From the IMG/VR virus record IMGVR_UViG_3300028045_001344, positions 64,001 through 128,000 of that record: a DNA stretch of 64,000 nt. The stretch is one strand, 5' to 3'. This document shows, in pieces, positions 46,919 to 57,433 of the stretch. The position numbers and the translations under genes were made by a program. Within the stretch, counting starts at the first letter, position 1, and every line of letters begins with the position of its first letter. The stretch is from a virus. The notes under the pieces were generated by a model. It made no database searches, was not told where the DNA came from, and saw only the letters and a list, made by a program, of their open reading frames with translations.

Positions 46919-48721
46919 TTACTTTACACTCCCAACAATATCCGAAGCTGGATATTTTAACTCCAATATAACATTTTGTGGGACTTTAATGAAGCGACCA
47001 TCTGGAGAAATAGCTTGTTCGATATTGAATGCGGTTGTAGAATAATTATTTCCCCGCTTAATGCTTATATCAACACTTACCGTATCAACTACGCCAGGTG
47101 CTTCATTGAGTGTATTATAAACATCAGTGATAAAAAACGGTTCTCCGATATCCATCTTCCTTGAATATTCCCTAGTAAGCACTGTGATGGCATCAGATAA
47201 GACTTGATATTTGTTAGTCTCTAGATCCGCTATAATATTAAAACTAATTTGTATATTGGCAATCTTGGCATCAAATATATCTATAGTATCATTTATCATC
47301 CGAGATCGATTAACCCAAGATTTTAGGTTTTCTTTGATTGCATTATTTGAGGTTTCCAAATTTCCATCAGCATCTTCTGAAATAATATATAAATTAACGT
47401 TTCTCTTATTAGAATTATTATCTCTATAAACATTAACTCTTTTTACCGCTCCAAACTGTGCTGGCATTTTATACGCTATGGAACGATAATCTTGTTGTGT
47501 TACTGCTCGATTTTGACTGGCAAAAGTGTCATAGATTCTTATCTTGAGTTCTTCAATAGACGGCAGCGTTACGTCCCCAATAATAGGTTCCTCATTTGAA
47601 ACTTCCAAAGAAGCCCTAACTGATGATACTAGGACTTGATCTAAACTATTGACATTCTCAAATTGGAATATTGGATCAGAAACACTCGCAAGTGTATTGG
47701 CACCGATATTTACAGTTGCATTTGTGTTTGAGCGGAACACAACCCTTAGTTCTGTGTTTGCTGGTGAAATACCAAGCTTGTCGGTTCCTAAAAGATTGGT
47801 TGGATCAAAGGATGTTTCAGTAACATAATCTTTTGAATGAAAATTCAAAACCGTTGTTGCCGGATCAATTAGTGGATTTGAAGCTACGTCTCTGGCAGAA
47901 CCAAAGCCAAACTGTAAAAATGTTTTAAATTTTTGTCGTTCCACTGTAAATCGTCTTGGGACAACCACCGGCTTTAAAAGAGAGGGTGCCCGAGCGCGGG
48001 TAATGGCATCGCGATTAGTTATGGATTTATAGATTATATCCTGGGATAAATAATCTACTTCAAAATACTGATTGCCTTCCTTATCAAATACATTTACAAT
48101 CTCCGTTATGTTCTCATTAGATAACTCTATTTGACGGAATTTCTCAAATGCTCCGACTGTTATTATTTCGTCACGAATTTCGCCGGATATAACTTGACCT
48201 GTGGATCTAATGGCATAATGTGTCGGCATCCCAGTTGTCTCGTTGGCTTTGGCAACCACGATTTCATTAGTTGGATTAGAAAAATCTACATCTTCATTCA
48301 GAATGAAGCCGGTCCCATCATTCGAAGTCAATGATGTACCTCGTTGTAAGATTGGAATATAATTTGTATCTGGTCCTAGTCCAGTAGAATTTGCTGGTAT
48401 GACAATATATAGAGAAGCAATACCTGTAGAAGACGGGGTTCCAGTAAAACGAAAACCCATTTGGCGACCAAGTTTTAAAATATTGTTATATTCAAGTGCT
48501 GTATCTAGAAAGGATTCATTGGCACTATAATCTACATAAAAAGAAGAAATGTCACCCACATAGGCAACTGTATCTAGCATTAGTGCGCCGAAGCCAGCCT
48601 CATTGAAATCTCTAAATGTATTAGGATAATATCGTTTTGCATAATTAACTAATTCATCTTTGATAGAATTGAAATCTCTCGCAGTATAGTTTATGGCGGG
48701 GAATAATTTTTTATGACTCAT
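46919..48721 (-). CDS. Baseplate wedge subunit (T4 gp6-like)
   Basis: RDFNSIKDELVNY..., LDTVAYVGD..SFY....ANESFLDTA, FLQFGFG, ASQNRAVTQQDY. Confidence 0.88.
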   Translation of the reverse strand: MSHKKLFPAINYTARDFNSIKDELVNYAKRYYPNTFRDFNEAGFGALMLDTVAYVGDISSFYVDYSANESFLDTALEYNNILKLGRQMGFRFTGTPSSTGIASLYIVIPANSTGLGPDTNYIPILQRGTSLTSNDGTGFILNEDVDFSNPTNEIVVAKANETTGMPTHYAIRSTGQVISGEIRDEIITVGAFEKFRQIELSNENITEIVNVFDKEGNQYFEVDYLSQDIIYKSITNRDAITRARAPSLLKPVVVPRRFTVERQKFKTFLQFGFGSARDVASNPLIDPATTVLNFHSKDYVTETSFDPTNLLGTDKLGISPANTELRVVFRSNTNATVNIGANTLASVSDPIFQFENVNSLDQVLVSSVRASLEVSNEEPIIGDVTLPSIEELKIRIYDTFASQNRAVTQQDYRSIAYKMPAQFGAVKRVNVYRDNNSNKRNVNLYIISEDADGNLETSNNAIKENLKSWVNRSRMINDTIDIFDAKIANIQISFNIIADLETNKYQVLSDAITVLTREYSRKMDIGEPFFITDVYNTLNEAPGVVDTVSVDISIKRGNNYSTTAFNIEQAISPDGRFIKVPQNVILELKYPASDIVGSVK

Positions 48722-48737
48722 GGGCGCGTCCTGCTAA

Positions 48738-48745
48738 TAATTAGT
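48738..48745 (-). promoter_or_regulatory. Candidate late promoter ACTAATTA
   Basis: Overlaps the gp25 stop, 16 nt upstream of the gp6 ATG. Confidence 0.5.
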
Positions 48746-49136
48746 TATGAGGTAGAGTTATTTCTAATTTATCCACTTGACTCAATGGCAGGATCGTGTA
48801 GCCAAGATCGACTTTTAATAAATTACGATCAAGGGCATCAACCAACGAATCATAAGGTGAGAAATCAATGTAAGTAATTGAAACAAAAGGTATGTATCTC
48901 GTCACCTGTTCATGTATTTTTGCTCGGATGGCAGAATATAGAGCCTCGCCGTCATTTTCGAAAAGATAATTTCTTATACCCACTCCGAAATTAGGGTCCA
49001 TCATTCGTTCTCCTGGTGCAGTTAAAATAAGGTTTCGAAAATTTTGTTTTATCAAGTTCTTGTATGATTTGATGAGTTTGTAAGTTCCATCTTCATCGCT
49101 CCTAATTAAAGGTAATTTTGGTGTAAGTCCAGACAT
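48741..49136 (-). CDS. Baseplate wedge protein (gp25/GPW-like)
   Basis: NLILTAPGERMMDPNFGVGIRNYLFE. Confidence 0.9.
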   Translation of the reverse strand: MSGLTPKLPLIRSDEDGTYKLIKSYKNLIKQNFRNLILTAPGERMMDPNFGVGIRNYLFENDGEALYSAIRAKIHEQVTRYIPFVSITYIDFSPYDSLVDALDRNLLKVDLGYTILPLSQVDKLEITLPHN

Positions 49137-49153
49137 ATTGTTCTCCTAGATAT

Positions 49154-52100
49154 TTAGTCACATTCATCTTTTCCGCTTGGATTAATTTCATTACTTGGTG
49201 AGCTTGGTTGCCCCGAACAATCATCCTTTCCGGTTAAATCCGGTCCGTTTAGCTTTTTAATATTACAGCGATCCCTCTTTTTCTGATCTGCTGTTTTCAA
49301 CGCTCGTGATCCAGGGAGTTCTTCGTGTCCGAAAGCCGCAAGATATGCAGCACCTAAACCAGTTATCGGAGGACCAACGCCTATACCAAGTGGAGGCACA
49401 CCAAAAATATTAATAGGCAATAACCCAAATGATATAAGCAACAACGGAATATCAATCTCTGGTAAATTGAGAGCACATTCAGTGATCTGATTTTTTCTTA
49501 TTTCTTCTTCACTTTGACCTTGTAATCTTCCAACAGAAGATTTTCCTCTATTAATTGCTGACGTTAACGCTGGTCCTATCAACTCCATAGCATCTTTAAT
49601 CTTCTTGGCTACAGCAATATTTGGATCAAAAGCCTCACCAGCACCCTTTAGTATTCCCCAGAAAAACTGCTCTATTATTGAAAAATCAAAACCAGGAATG
49701 TCGGCACCATTTATAGCAGCATTTGCCTGTGCCTTATTAGTAAAGACAAGATCACGCGACTTATAATCGCCACTGCTCGCAACAGAACTAAAAGACATCC
49801 TTAGTTGTTCTTTGGTTCCCAAGAATGCGTTATTTAGCCCAGGAAATGGAAGTGAATAAGTGATCCCATATAAAGCTGTCAAAGAAACCAAACGATCCAT
49901 TGGAAAACAATAATCAAAAATAAAAGAGTATTCTGGTGTTTCTTTTATTTTGGTGACAAGTTCTGGATATACATTATTATATCCATCGCTAAAATAATTG
50001 GGATCGTTACGAATATCTGAAACTGATATATCTAAAGGAAGTTCTTTTTCCACGCACACAATTGGTATCGTATAGGCGTCTATCCTTTCTGCATTGGCTT
50101 CTTCTTTATAGTGATAAGACTTATTTAGTTTTGTATTGTTGACATCATAATTATTTTGCATAGCCTGGTGGATGGGTTGGCTCGTTATTCCCCTGGAATT
50201 GTCAGCCGTATCATTGACAACTTGACACACTAACCTCAATCCATACCTCAAGGATTTAATATAACTCCCAAGTTTTTGGGGGTCTGGGGCAGTGGCGATC
50301 AGTGGGGCTAATTCTCCGGGAATGACAATTTCTTGTTCGGCGCAATCGTCGGCGGCAATAATCGTTGAATCCAAGCGGACTGGGGTGGTGGGAATGATGG
50401 GCATTGAGGTTTGGCTAAAGAACTCTCCGCTCATCCAAGTGCTAAATAAATTTTTATCCACAACACCTCTATTATCAAAAGGCAGATCCTCTGGTTGATA
50501 GGTGGGGGCATATTTGGGAGGAGGGAAAGCAGAAGTGGAGTCAACACTTTTATTGTCTTTGTATTCCACTCTGATATATGTCTCAAGGTAAATATTTCCC
50601 TCACGCCAATCTTTTAAACCAATAATATCTTCTTTTGATGCCACGCCATAATCTCCAAGCCTAAAGTCTTGACCAAGCCTTTGAAGGGCGGGTTTGCGCA
50701 ATATTCCAGCGTTCCCGGACTGAGGTGCCGAGGAGGATACATTAAATTGTGGCAACCAATGAAGGGGTGCTATTTGATTGGGAACCAACTCCGCTGAAAA
50801 AAGTAAATCATCTACTGCTTGGGGGGAAGATGGTAACGAAGCTAATTTCAATATTTCAGTAACGGCATACGCTAATTCATTTTTTACAAACCAGTTAAAA
50901 GCTTTTCTCGGATCACTCAAATTATTTGGTGACTGATGTTGGGGCAAAGAATTATAAGACTTTAAGCACTGACTCAAAAAAGAGTTCAAATAAAATTTAG
51001 CTTTGATTTCTTCAATAGCTTGAGTCGAAACATACTCTACAAAAACCTCGTCTATGTCAGTTATGGACAATGCACTAAAAGTCGGGGCTGTTCTTATTAT
51101 AGCTTCAAGCGCATACACTCGCGCCGTAGTTTGCACAAGACCATACAGTATGGACTGCTCCAAAGCGTTATCTTTATTGGAGACTGTTCCACAAACATTA
51201 GGCATCGTGGGTTCGATACATTTTGTCATATCATAAACTTCTTTGAGTCTGTTTTTTATGCCCGTAAGATCTAATAAACTATTATCATTTCCTTCCTGTG
51301 ATGGATCTGAACTTACGCATGGTTGCGGCGTTAGGTTTAGACTTTGAAAGACATTATCTTCTAAAAGCTTTGATTTACTTACTTCAAACAAACACATAGC
51401 TTGCAAGCCCCTCAACAATTCATCATATAAGGTTCCAACTAATTCCCCTTGGTTTCCTGTGCTTAGAATGTTTTGTCCCTGGATTTGTAAAAGAGTGTTG
51501 GGATCTAGAGAGTGGGCGGAGGCTCCGCCAGGAGTTTGGATGATGTTACCAATTGCGTTAGCATATCCTGGACGTTCTGAAATTGGTAATTTTCTTATTT
51601 CTCCCAAATCTTGAATTGTATATATGCTTTCTCCCAAATTCCAAGAATTACTCAAAAACTCTGCGAACCTTCTTTCTACTAAAGAAAAATCACTATTGGT
51701 CTTGGGTGGATGCGTGGGATCAAGAGGGGGAACATTTACAGGACTTAATTGAGTTTCGCCTAAACCCTTTTCCTCTATAACTTCTTGCGTTTTGATAGGT
51801 ATGTCAGATTGTTGGAACCCTTTGGACCAAATAACATTTTGTTGTCCCGCTTGAATGGAAACGGCAAAGTTTTCTTTTCCAGTTATAGGTTCTTCTGAAA
51901 ATTGAGTGTAAAACAAAGCGTAAGTGCTATCTCTAAATACATCGCCTAATATTCCATCGAGTGTTTGTTCGCTGTTCAGATCATCTGAAGAAGTGCCAAA
52001 GCCGCCCCAAGACTTTCTTAACTCATTTTTTACATAGTTTTTTACTTGATCAATTTGACTTTGACCAGACGTAGGAGTAGAGAGCTTTGTGCTCAACGAG

Positions 52101-55036
52101 TCTTCTATAGTAAATTGTAATATTTTAGAACGTGAATTTAGAAGATCTCTACGATCCCTGTTCTCCATAAAATCGTGGCCCGTGCGTAAACTGGTTTGAA
52201 ACCTTGTATAAACGCCAACGTTCTTGTCGCCTTCTGTGTCTGCCATCCCAGGAAGAAACACGTTTTCAAAGGTTTGGGCTTTGATGGGGCTTGGGTTTGT
52301 GGTGTTATAGCGGAGAGTGTCTCGGCGGGCATCATCTGGGTTTTTTTTGTTGGATTCCCAAAATGGCATTTGGCCCGTGGGTCGCTGACCCTGATCATAA
52401 AGCATACGAAATTCTGGGTTGATGATCTCCCGATTATTAACCGTGACTAATCGAGGAACGTCCTTTCCCTCGCCAAGCACCCTTGGTGATAAAAGACTTG
52501 GAACGGAGGAGACATCAGTAATAAACGAATTATAAATCCCATCAAAAGTTGTATCAAGCACACGATCCATCATAAATGTATAAGAAGGATGATCCTGTTT
52601 GATTAGTCCTTCCACAAAATTACCATCAGCATCTATCGCACAATAAACTGGTGGGACAACTCCGTCTAACGGATCTTCTTTATCTAAAATTTCAGCAAGC
52701 TCATTGATGCGGCTTTTTGCTCGCTCGCGAGATGCATTTATTTGAGCATTACAAACTTCTAAACTTGTTATTCCTTTTCCTTCTAAAAGCTCACAGCGAA
52801 GAAAGTTATCATCTTCATCGCAAAGGCTTGTGGCAAGTATCGGCGTAAGATCTTCAAAATTGTCTATTTGTTTTTGTATTTCTTCTTCATCAACCAGTTT
52901 GCCAACGTTTCCAAAGAAATCGTTAATTTTATCTTCATCACCCAATAGGTCACATAAAGGACCATAAATCTCTGGGTTTATGGCACACATTTGATCGGCA
53001 GTAGATTGAACAATTTTTATTGTATCTTTTGTAGTTTTTCCCTGAAGCATTTTATTTACTTCTCCGCAAGTGAGTGTGCTGCCAAGTGTATCCAGAAAGG
53101 AGCCAATAGGTGATTGTGTAATAGCCTGGGCTGTGGCTTGAGTTGCCTGTTGTACCGCTTGTCCTGCTGCTTGCTGAACTTGTGACGCCGGTTGAGCCAA
53201 TGGAGCTGTTAGTTTGTCCACTTGCTCATCTGTTACGTGAGATTGAAGATTACTTAAAAATTTGCGTGATTGTTGAGAAATCCCTGGGGAAACAATACCG
53301 GCTTTCATGCCATCAAGTACGGCACCACCAACATTTTCTCCCATTACACCTAGCGTACCGGCAATTACGCCCGCAGTGTTTCCTTCACTAAGCATTTTGC
53401 CGATAGGAAGACTACCGAAATTTAACTTACATGGATCTCCGCAAGCCTCCAAATACATCATTACAACTTGTTTGACCATTGATATAAGTGCTTTCTTGAC
53501 TGCTTCTGCAATTGAAAGCAATATTTGTTCAACAATATCCCCCATGATATCGACGGTGGGTATAATGTCGTCCAAACTTATAACAGGAATCTTTAATATT
53601 TTTACAACTTCACCCGCGAAGCGATTCACATCAAGCAAGAAGCTCTTTATCTCATCTATGGGAAGATCTAGATTCAAGCATTCCACAGCAGCTTTCACGA
53701 TATAGGTTATACCAAATTTATTCAAATAATGATAATAAACATCCTCAATACTGTTTATTGTATTGATTGTTTTATTCAGGTTTCCAATTACAGTATCGCC
53801 AACAAAATCTTTTGATTGTTTGCGAAACTCATTCATCTCTTTTTTTAATTCTTTAGACTTTAGTCTCCAAGATTCTTCACTTAAAGCTTTAGCATCTTTC
53901 GCAGAGTTTGAGTTAACTTTTTTTATCTCTGTTTCCATTTGAGCATTTTGATCTGGTGATCTCGGACGACCCACTGTATATTCAATTACTGGTGATGGAA
54001 ATTTAATAAACTCAGTAATAAAAGTTTCCCAACCCATTGGTGGACTGCCGATGCCATCTTTTACTGTTGGTCGCTGTTGAGCTATTTGTGTTATTTTCTC
54101 TAAATGTTTATACAGATACATCGTGTTGCTTGTTATAAACATAGAATCACTAAATGTACTAAAGCCAGCAGATAAATTCCGAAAGGAGTTTCCTTGATTT
54201 ATTTGAGCATATTGTGGCAAATAGGCTGAACCTGTTAGTCCAGAACCCGACATACCCATCATAATAAGATCGGATTGAGATTCCGAGTAGAGATACCCAT
54301 TTGTCCTAACTAGATCACGTAATACTGGTACAAACTCACGAAACCTCTCTGCTTCTTTCGCAAGATCGGCGTTATATACTTTTCCCTCAAAATCCATCAT
54401 AACGCTATTATAATTTTCTAATAGTTGAGAAACCTTGGATACCTTTTTTTCTAGACCATAGGTGTTTAATTGAATCTCATCATAAACCGCAGGAGCCACA
54501 AATTTTTTCTCTGGAAGATTACTAAAAAGTGACTGGAAACGAAGATTGGATGATTCTGGGGCTCCCACAGATGGAACACCACCAAATGCTGTAGATGTAT
54601 CCAATTGAATTGAAGGATTAGAAAAGCTGTTGCTATAGTTCCCTGGAAGTATTTCTGGTATGGTTACTAATACTTTAATATTTGATGCAGGTCGCAAAGG
54701 AACATACAACCCCTGTGCTTCTTCTTCTGGTGTTCCGTTTTCTCCCGGTATAATAACATCTGAAATTAATCCAGAAATAGTTTGGTCATCGGAGTCTTTA
54801 TTATAAAAATCTAAAATAGAACGCAACCCTTCTTCTTTGTATGGCGACTTATCAGAAGGCACAAGATCATATTGAGCAATCCCAGTATCGACGGCAACAC
54901 CATAATATCCTCCCACAGAACCAGACCGAGGGACAAAAAATGGTGTCTCACCTTCTGGCTTAGTCCAGTCTAATGAGATAAGAGGTTTTATATTCCGCCC
55001 GACTCGTTCAGTGTTTTTTTGATTAGCGTTAGACAT
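49154..55036 (-). CDS. Large (1960 aa) putative virion/baseplate-associated protein
   Basis: Lies between spike and gp25; largely helical with scattered Cys; no family recognised. Confidence 0.55.
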   Translation of the reverse strand: MSNANQKNTERVGRNIKPLISLDWTKPEGETPFFVPRSGSVGGYYGVAVDTGIAQYDLVPSDKSPYKEEGLRSILDFYNKDSDDQTISGLISDVIIPGENGTPEEEAQGLYVPLRPASNIKVLVTIPEILPGNYSNSFSNPSIQLDTSTAFGGVPSVGAPESSNLRFQSLFSNLPEKKFVAPAVYDEIQLNTYGLEKKVSKVSQLLENYNSVMMDFEGKVYNADLAKEAERFREFVPVLRDLVRTNGYLYSESQSDLIMMGMSGSGLTGSAYLPQYAQINQGNSFRNLSAGFSTFSDSMFITSNTMYLYKHLEKITQIAQQRPTVKDGIGSPPMGWETFITEFIKFPSPVIEYTVGRPRSPDQNAQMETEIKKVNSNSAKDAKALSEESWRLKSKELKKEMNEFRKQSKDFVGDTVIGNLNKTINTINSIEDVYYHYLNKFGITYIVKAAVECLNLDLPIDEIKSFLLDVNRFAGEVVKILKIPVISLDDIIPTVDIMGDIVEQILLSIAEAVKKALISMVKQVVMMYLEACGDPCKLNFGSLPIGKMLSEGNTAGVIAGTLGVMGENVGGAVLDGMKAGIVSPGISQQSRKFLSNLQSHVTDEQVDKLTAPLAQPASQVQQAAGQAVQQATQATAQAITQSPIGSFLDTLGSTLTCGEVNKMLQGKTTKDTIKIVQSTADQMCAINPEIYGPLCDLLGDEDKINDFFGNVGKLVDEEEIQKQIDNFEDLTPILATSLCDEDDNFLRCELLEGKGITSLEVCNAQINASRERAKSRINELAEILDKEDPLDGVVPPVYCAIDADGNFVEGLIKQDHPSYTFMMDRVLDTTFDGIYNSFITDVSSVPSLLSPRVLGEGKDVPRLVTVNNREIINPEFRMLYDQGQRPTGQMPFWESNKKNPDDARRDTLRYNTTNPSPIKAQTFENVFLPGMADTEGDKNVGVYTRFQTSLRTGHDFMENRDRRDLLNSRSKILQFTIEDSLSTKLSTPTSGQSQIDQVKNYVKNELRKSWGGFGTSSDDLNSEQTLDGILGDVFRDSTYALFYTQFSEEPITGKENFAVSIQAGQQNVIWSKGFQQSDIPIKTQEVIEEKGLGETQLSPVNVPPLDPTHPPKTNSDFSLVERRFAEFLSNSWNLGESIYTIQDLGEIRKLPISERPGYANAIGNIIQTPGGASAHSLDPNTLLQIQGQNILSTGNQGELVGTLYDELLRGLQAMCLFEVSKSKLLEDNVFQSLNLTPQPCVSSDPSQEGNDNSLLDLTGIKNRLKEVYDMTKCIEPTMPNVCGTVSNKDNALEQSILYGLVQTTARVYALEAIIRTAPTFSALSITDIDEVFVEYVSTQAIEEIKAKFYLNSFLSQCLKSYNSLPQHQSPNNLSDPRKAFNWFVKNELAYAVTEILKLASLPSSPQAVDDLLFSAELVPNQIAPLHWLPQFNVSSSAPQSGNAGILRKPALQRLGQDFRLGDYGVASKEDIIGLKDWREGNIYLETYIRVEYKDNKSVDSTSAFPPPKYAPTYQPEDLPFDNRGVVDKNLFSTWMSGEFFSQTSMPIIPTTPVRLDSTIIAADDCAEQEIVIPGELAPLIATAPDPQKLGSYIKSLRYGLRLVCQVVNDTADNSRGITSQPIHQAMQNNYDVNNTKLNKSYHYKEEANAERIDAYTIPIVCVEKELPLDISVSDIRNDPNYFSDGYNNVYPELVTKIKETPEYSFIFDYCFPMDRLVSLTALYGITYSLPFPGLNNAFLGTKEQLRMSFSSVASSGDYKSRDLVFTNKAQANAAINGADIPGFDFSIIEQFFWGILKGAGEAFDPNIAVAKKIKDAMELIGPALTSAINRGKSSVGRLQGQSEEEIRKNQITECALNLPEIDIPLLLISFGLLPINIFGVPPLGIGVGPPITGLGAAYLAAFGHEELPGSRALKTADQKKRDRCNIKKLNGPDLTGKDDCSGQPSSPSNEINPSGKDECD

Positions 55037-55039
55037 GAC

Positions 55040-56017
55040 TCAAGTTGTGTTATTAAACCTACTATTAATGTATTTAGAGCCAGCAGGATTTAAATAAGAA
55101 AACTGGAATAAAGCTAAATTAGCTTTATGAGTGGCTAATGATTTCTTGGTCTGTGAAAGATGATCAATCATTGTCCTCATGCCCGCAGCTACAACTGGGA
55201 ACGAGGGGAATGTTTCCCAAGGGCCGGTGCCGTCCCATGGTTTTCCAGGTGCGAGATGAGTATGATGTGTGAGGGTTTCATTGAGCCCGATTTGATACAT
55301 TAACAATGAATCCACAATACCATTTAACTTATCAACATGCGTTGTTAGTCTTTCTAGTGCAGCTCGTAAGTTTTCACCCTTTACTAGCGGCTGTAAATCT
55401 TCATCATTATTGGAGGCTAACAAATCAATTCCATTAACACTTTCGATATCAGAACCTTGAGAATTACGCCGATCTGTTCGCGTTACTAATTTTATTCCTT
55501 CACGACCAATAATTCTAATTCCATCAGCTTTGAGAGCAATTCCTGATTTAGTCTTAGAATTTCCGATGCTTCCATCGACAAGATTAAAATTCTCATCAAT
55601 ATCGGTTTTTTGACTCATATAGATTCGGGCGGCATCCTTGTTGATATCAGGATCAACCCATGTTCTTTGTTTAGAGTCGTCAGATCCTTTGGTTACGCTA
55701 AAAGATCTCGCTTCAGCACCAAGTCGTCCCACAACTAAATCTAAAGAACCACACTGAGTATCACCTTTGCCGCCATAGCCGCTCAACCTACTTTGTGGTC
55801 GATCTCTGCCAAACACAATCCATGAGTTATTCATTCCACTAATAACTTTTTCAGAGGGTGTTTGAATATAAGCAGGTATAGGTTCTGAAATTGGATCGCC
55901 AGCTACGCCCGCATAATCAAGCCTTAAAGACTCGGGCACATTATTTAGTCTTGCTTCCTTTGCCTCATCTGTGGAGTTAATTCCTCCAATAGCGATTGCT
56001 TTTTTCTTTGTTGCCAT
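55040..56017 (-). CDS. Baseplate spike-like protein (gp5 C-terminal/gpV-like)
   Basis: IALKADGIRIIGREGIKLV beta strands, PLVKGENL, THHTH (HxH spike-tip motif). Confidence 0.65.
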   Translation of the reverse strand: MATKKKAIAIGGINSTDEAKEARLNNVPESLRLDYAGVAGDPISEPIPAYIQTPSEKVISGMNNSWIVFGRDRPQSRLSGYGGKGDTQCGSLDLVVGRLGAEARSFSVTKGSDDSKQRTWVDPDINKDAARIYMSQKTDIDENFNLVDGSIGNSKTKSGIALKADGIRIIGREGIKLVTRTDRRNSQGSDIESVNGIDLLASNNDEDLQPLVKGENLRAALERLTTHVDKLNGIVDSLLMYQIGLNETLTHHTHLAPGKPWDGTGPWETFPSFPVVAAGMRTMIDHLSQTKKSLATHKANLALFQFSYLNPAGSKYINSRFNNTT

Positions 56018-56018
56018 A

Positions 56019-57137
56019 TTATGAACGACCCCTTATGCTTTCAAGCGATGGTTGATGTTCCCAGTGCCAATGCTCGGATGCTATTCGTTTGAATCCAAAA
56101 TCTTTGCCATGCGCAGCCAACCATTCGTAATTTTTGCCCGCTCCACGACGCTTATTTTCCTTCGAAACGCCCAATGTATTGAGATCTAGTGCTACTCCAC
56201 TTTGGTGGTTTGAATGGCCCGGCTTGTTGGCAGCGTTTCCATTTGAATTTTTGTATCGACAATAAAAATAGTCTTGTTCCTGCATCGTGCGAAAAGCACT
56301 TACTATTTCCAATGTAACATCATCCCTTGCCGCCGCATCTCTCATGCGAATAAAGTCCCTAGCAGCACGAACGTCCATAACCCACTTGCCAACTTTAGTA
56401 GCCTGAAATGTATACTGCTTTCCTTTTACAAACCCCTGTAAGCTAAAAGTTGCGCCGCTTGTGTCGGGTGCTGGCTCTCGTTTACATTTTCCGCCACCGT
56501 CGCCATCTGCGTTTGGAACCCACGCAGCACCTGTATAGCCATTTGCGAATGCGGGCCCGGGTCCGTTTAGTTTGTTTCCTTGGGCGTCAAAATGAGTTTT
56601 TGATTTATTTCCAACAGCTAATCCAATGGGATTTTCAAAAACTTTCCCCAGATATACTCCTCCCCTTCTCGTGGTTCGATCATCATAATCTACTCTTACG
56701 ATGTCCCCAATACTTGGAACATCTCCACTTATTTCCTCATCAGCCGCAACAAAAGTGTTATATAACTGTACGACATCCCAGTCCAGTAGAGGTTCAGTCT
56801 TAAATGGATCAGGTAACATAGAATCTAAAAAAGGAATCCTAACTTTTATAGCCAGCAAAGGCTTAGGATTTTCTTCCGAATTGGAAAACATACGAGATAC
56901 CCACCCTTCGCCACTATCCGCGTTATAAAGTTGTGTTATACCGATACATATACCCTTGAGAGCCCCCAATCCAGACATAGTATCATAAGAATAAATTGTT
57001 TCCAGCGAGTTCTTGAGTGAATCAACACCAGAAGTTGTATCTGGATTATATGTCGGTCCCACGTTTGTGCGCGAAACATCATTGAGCTGGCCATAGCCAA
57101 AATTTAATATAAACTGTGGGGGCACCGGATCAGCCAT
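56019..57137 (-). CDS. gp5-like OB-fold hub protein fused to an M15 (VanY-like) zinc peptidase
   Basis: IKVRIP...VPSIGDIVRVDY (gp5/gpV N-domain); SAFRT, SNHQSGVALD and EHWH (M15 metallopeptidase). Confidence 0.8.
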   Translation of the reverse strand: MADPVPPQFILNFGYGQLNDVSRTNVGPTYNPDTTSGVDSLKNSLETIYSYDTMSGLGALKGICIGITQLYNADSGEGWVSRMFSNSEENPKPLLAIKVRIPFLDSMLPDPFKTEPLLDWDVVQLYNTFVAADEEISGDVPSIGDIVRVDYDDRTTRRGGVYLGKVFENPIGLAVGNKSKTHFDAQGNKLNGPGPAFANGYTGAAWVPNADGDGGGKCKREPAPDTSGATFSLQGFVKGKQYTFQATKVGKWVMDVRAARDFIRMRDAAARDDVTLEIVSAFRTMQEQDYFYCRYKNSNGNAANKPGHSNHQSGVALDLNTLGVSKENKRRGAGKNYEWLAAHGKDFGFKRIASEHWHWEHQPSLESIRGRS

Positions 57138-57433
57138 CAGCTTTCTTCTCCTAATTCCTTAAATATCTCGTCTCTTTCTTCAGCCGTGAGAGCTGAATCT
57201 GATACTTGTTCTTTCTGTTTTAGCGAAGCTACTTTAACTAATTGCTCGTTGGACCTTTGCAAAGTTTCAACATATTTTGCAGCAGTCGTGCCAACGTCTC
57301 GATGACGATCTTCCGAAGACGCCATATATTTAATAAGATCCCGTAATAGCTCTTGTGTCTGCTCGCGATCTGAACGAATATTATCTATCGCCTCGCTAGT
57401 GAGAGATTCAAAGTTTTTCCCTATTCGTGCCAT
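57137..57433 (-). CDS. Hypothetical helical protein
   Basis: 98-aa ORF coupled to both neighbours. Confidence 0.6.
   Translation of the reverse strand: MARIGKNFESLTSEAIDNIRSDREQTQELLRDLIKYMASSEDRHRDVGTTAAKYVETLQRSNEQLVKVASLKQKEQVSDSALTAEERDEIFKELGEES

Noticed and set aside
57137-57433. Terminase small subunit (gp16-like)
   Set aside because: Only size and helical character fit; no convincing motif, and it is far from the large subunit.
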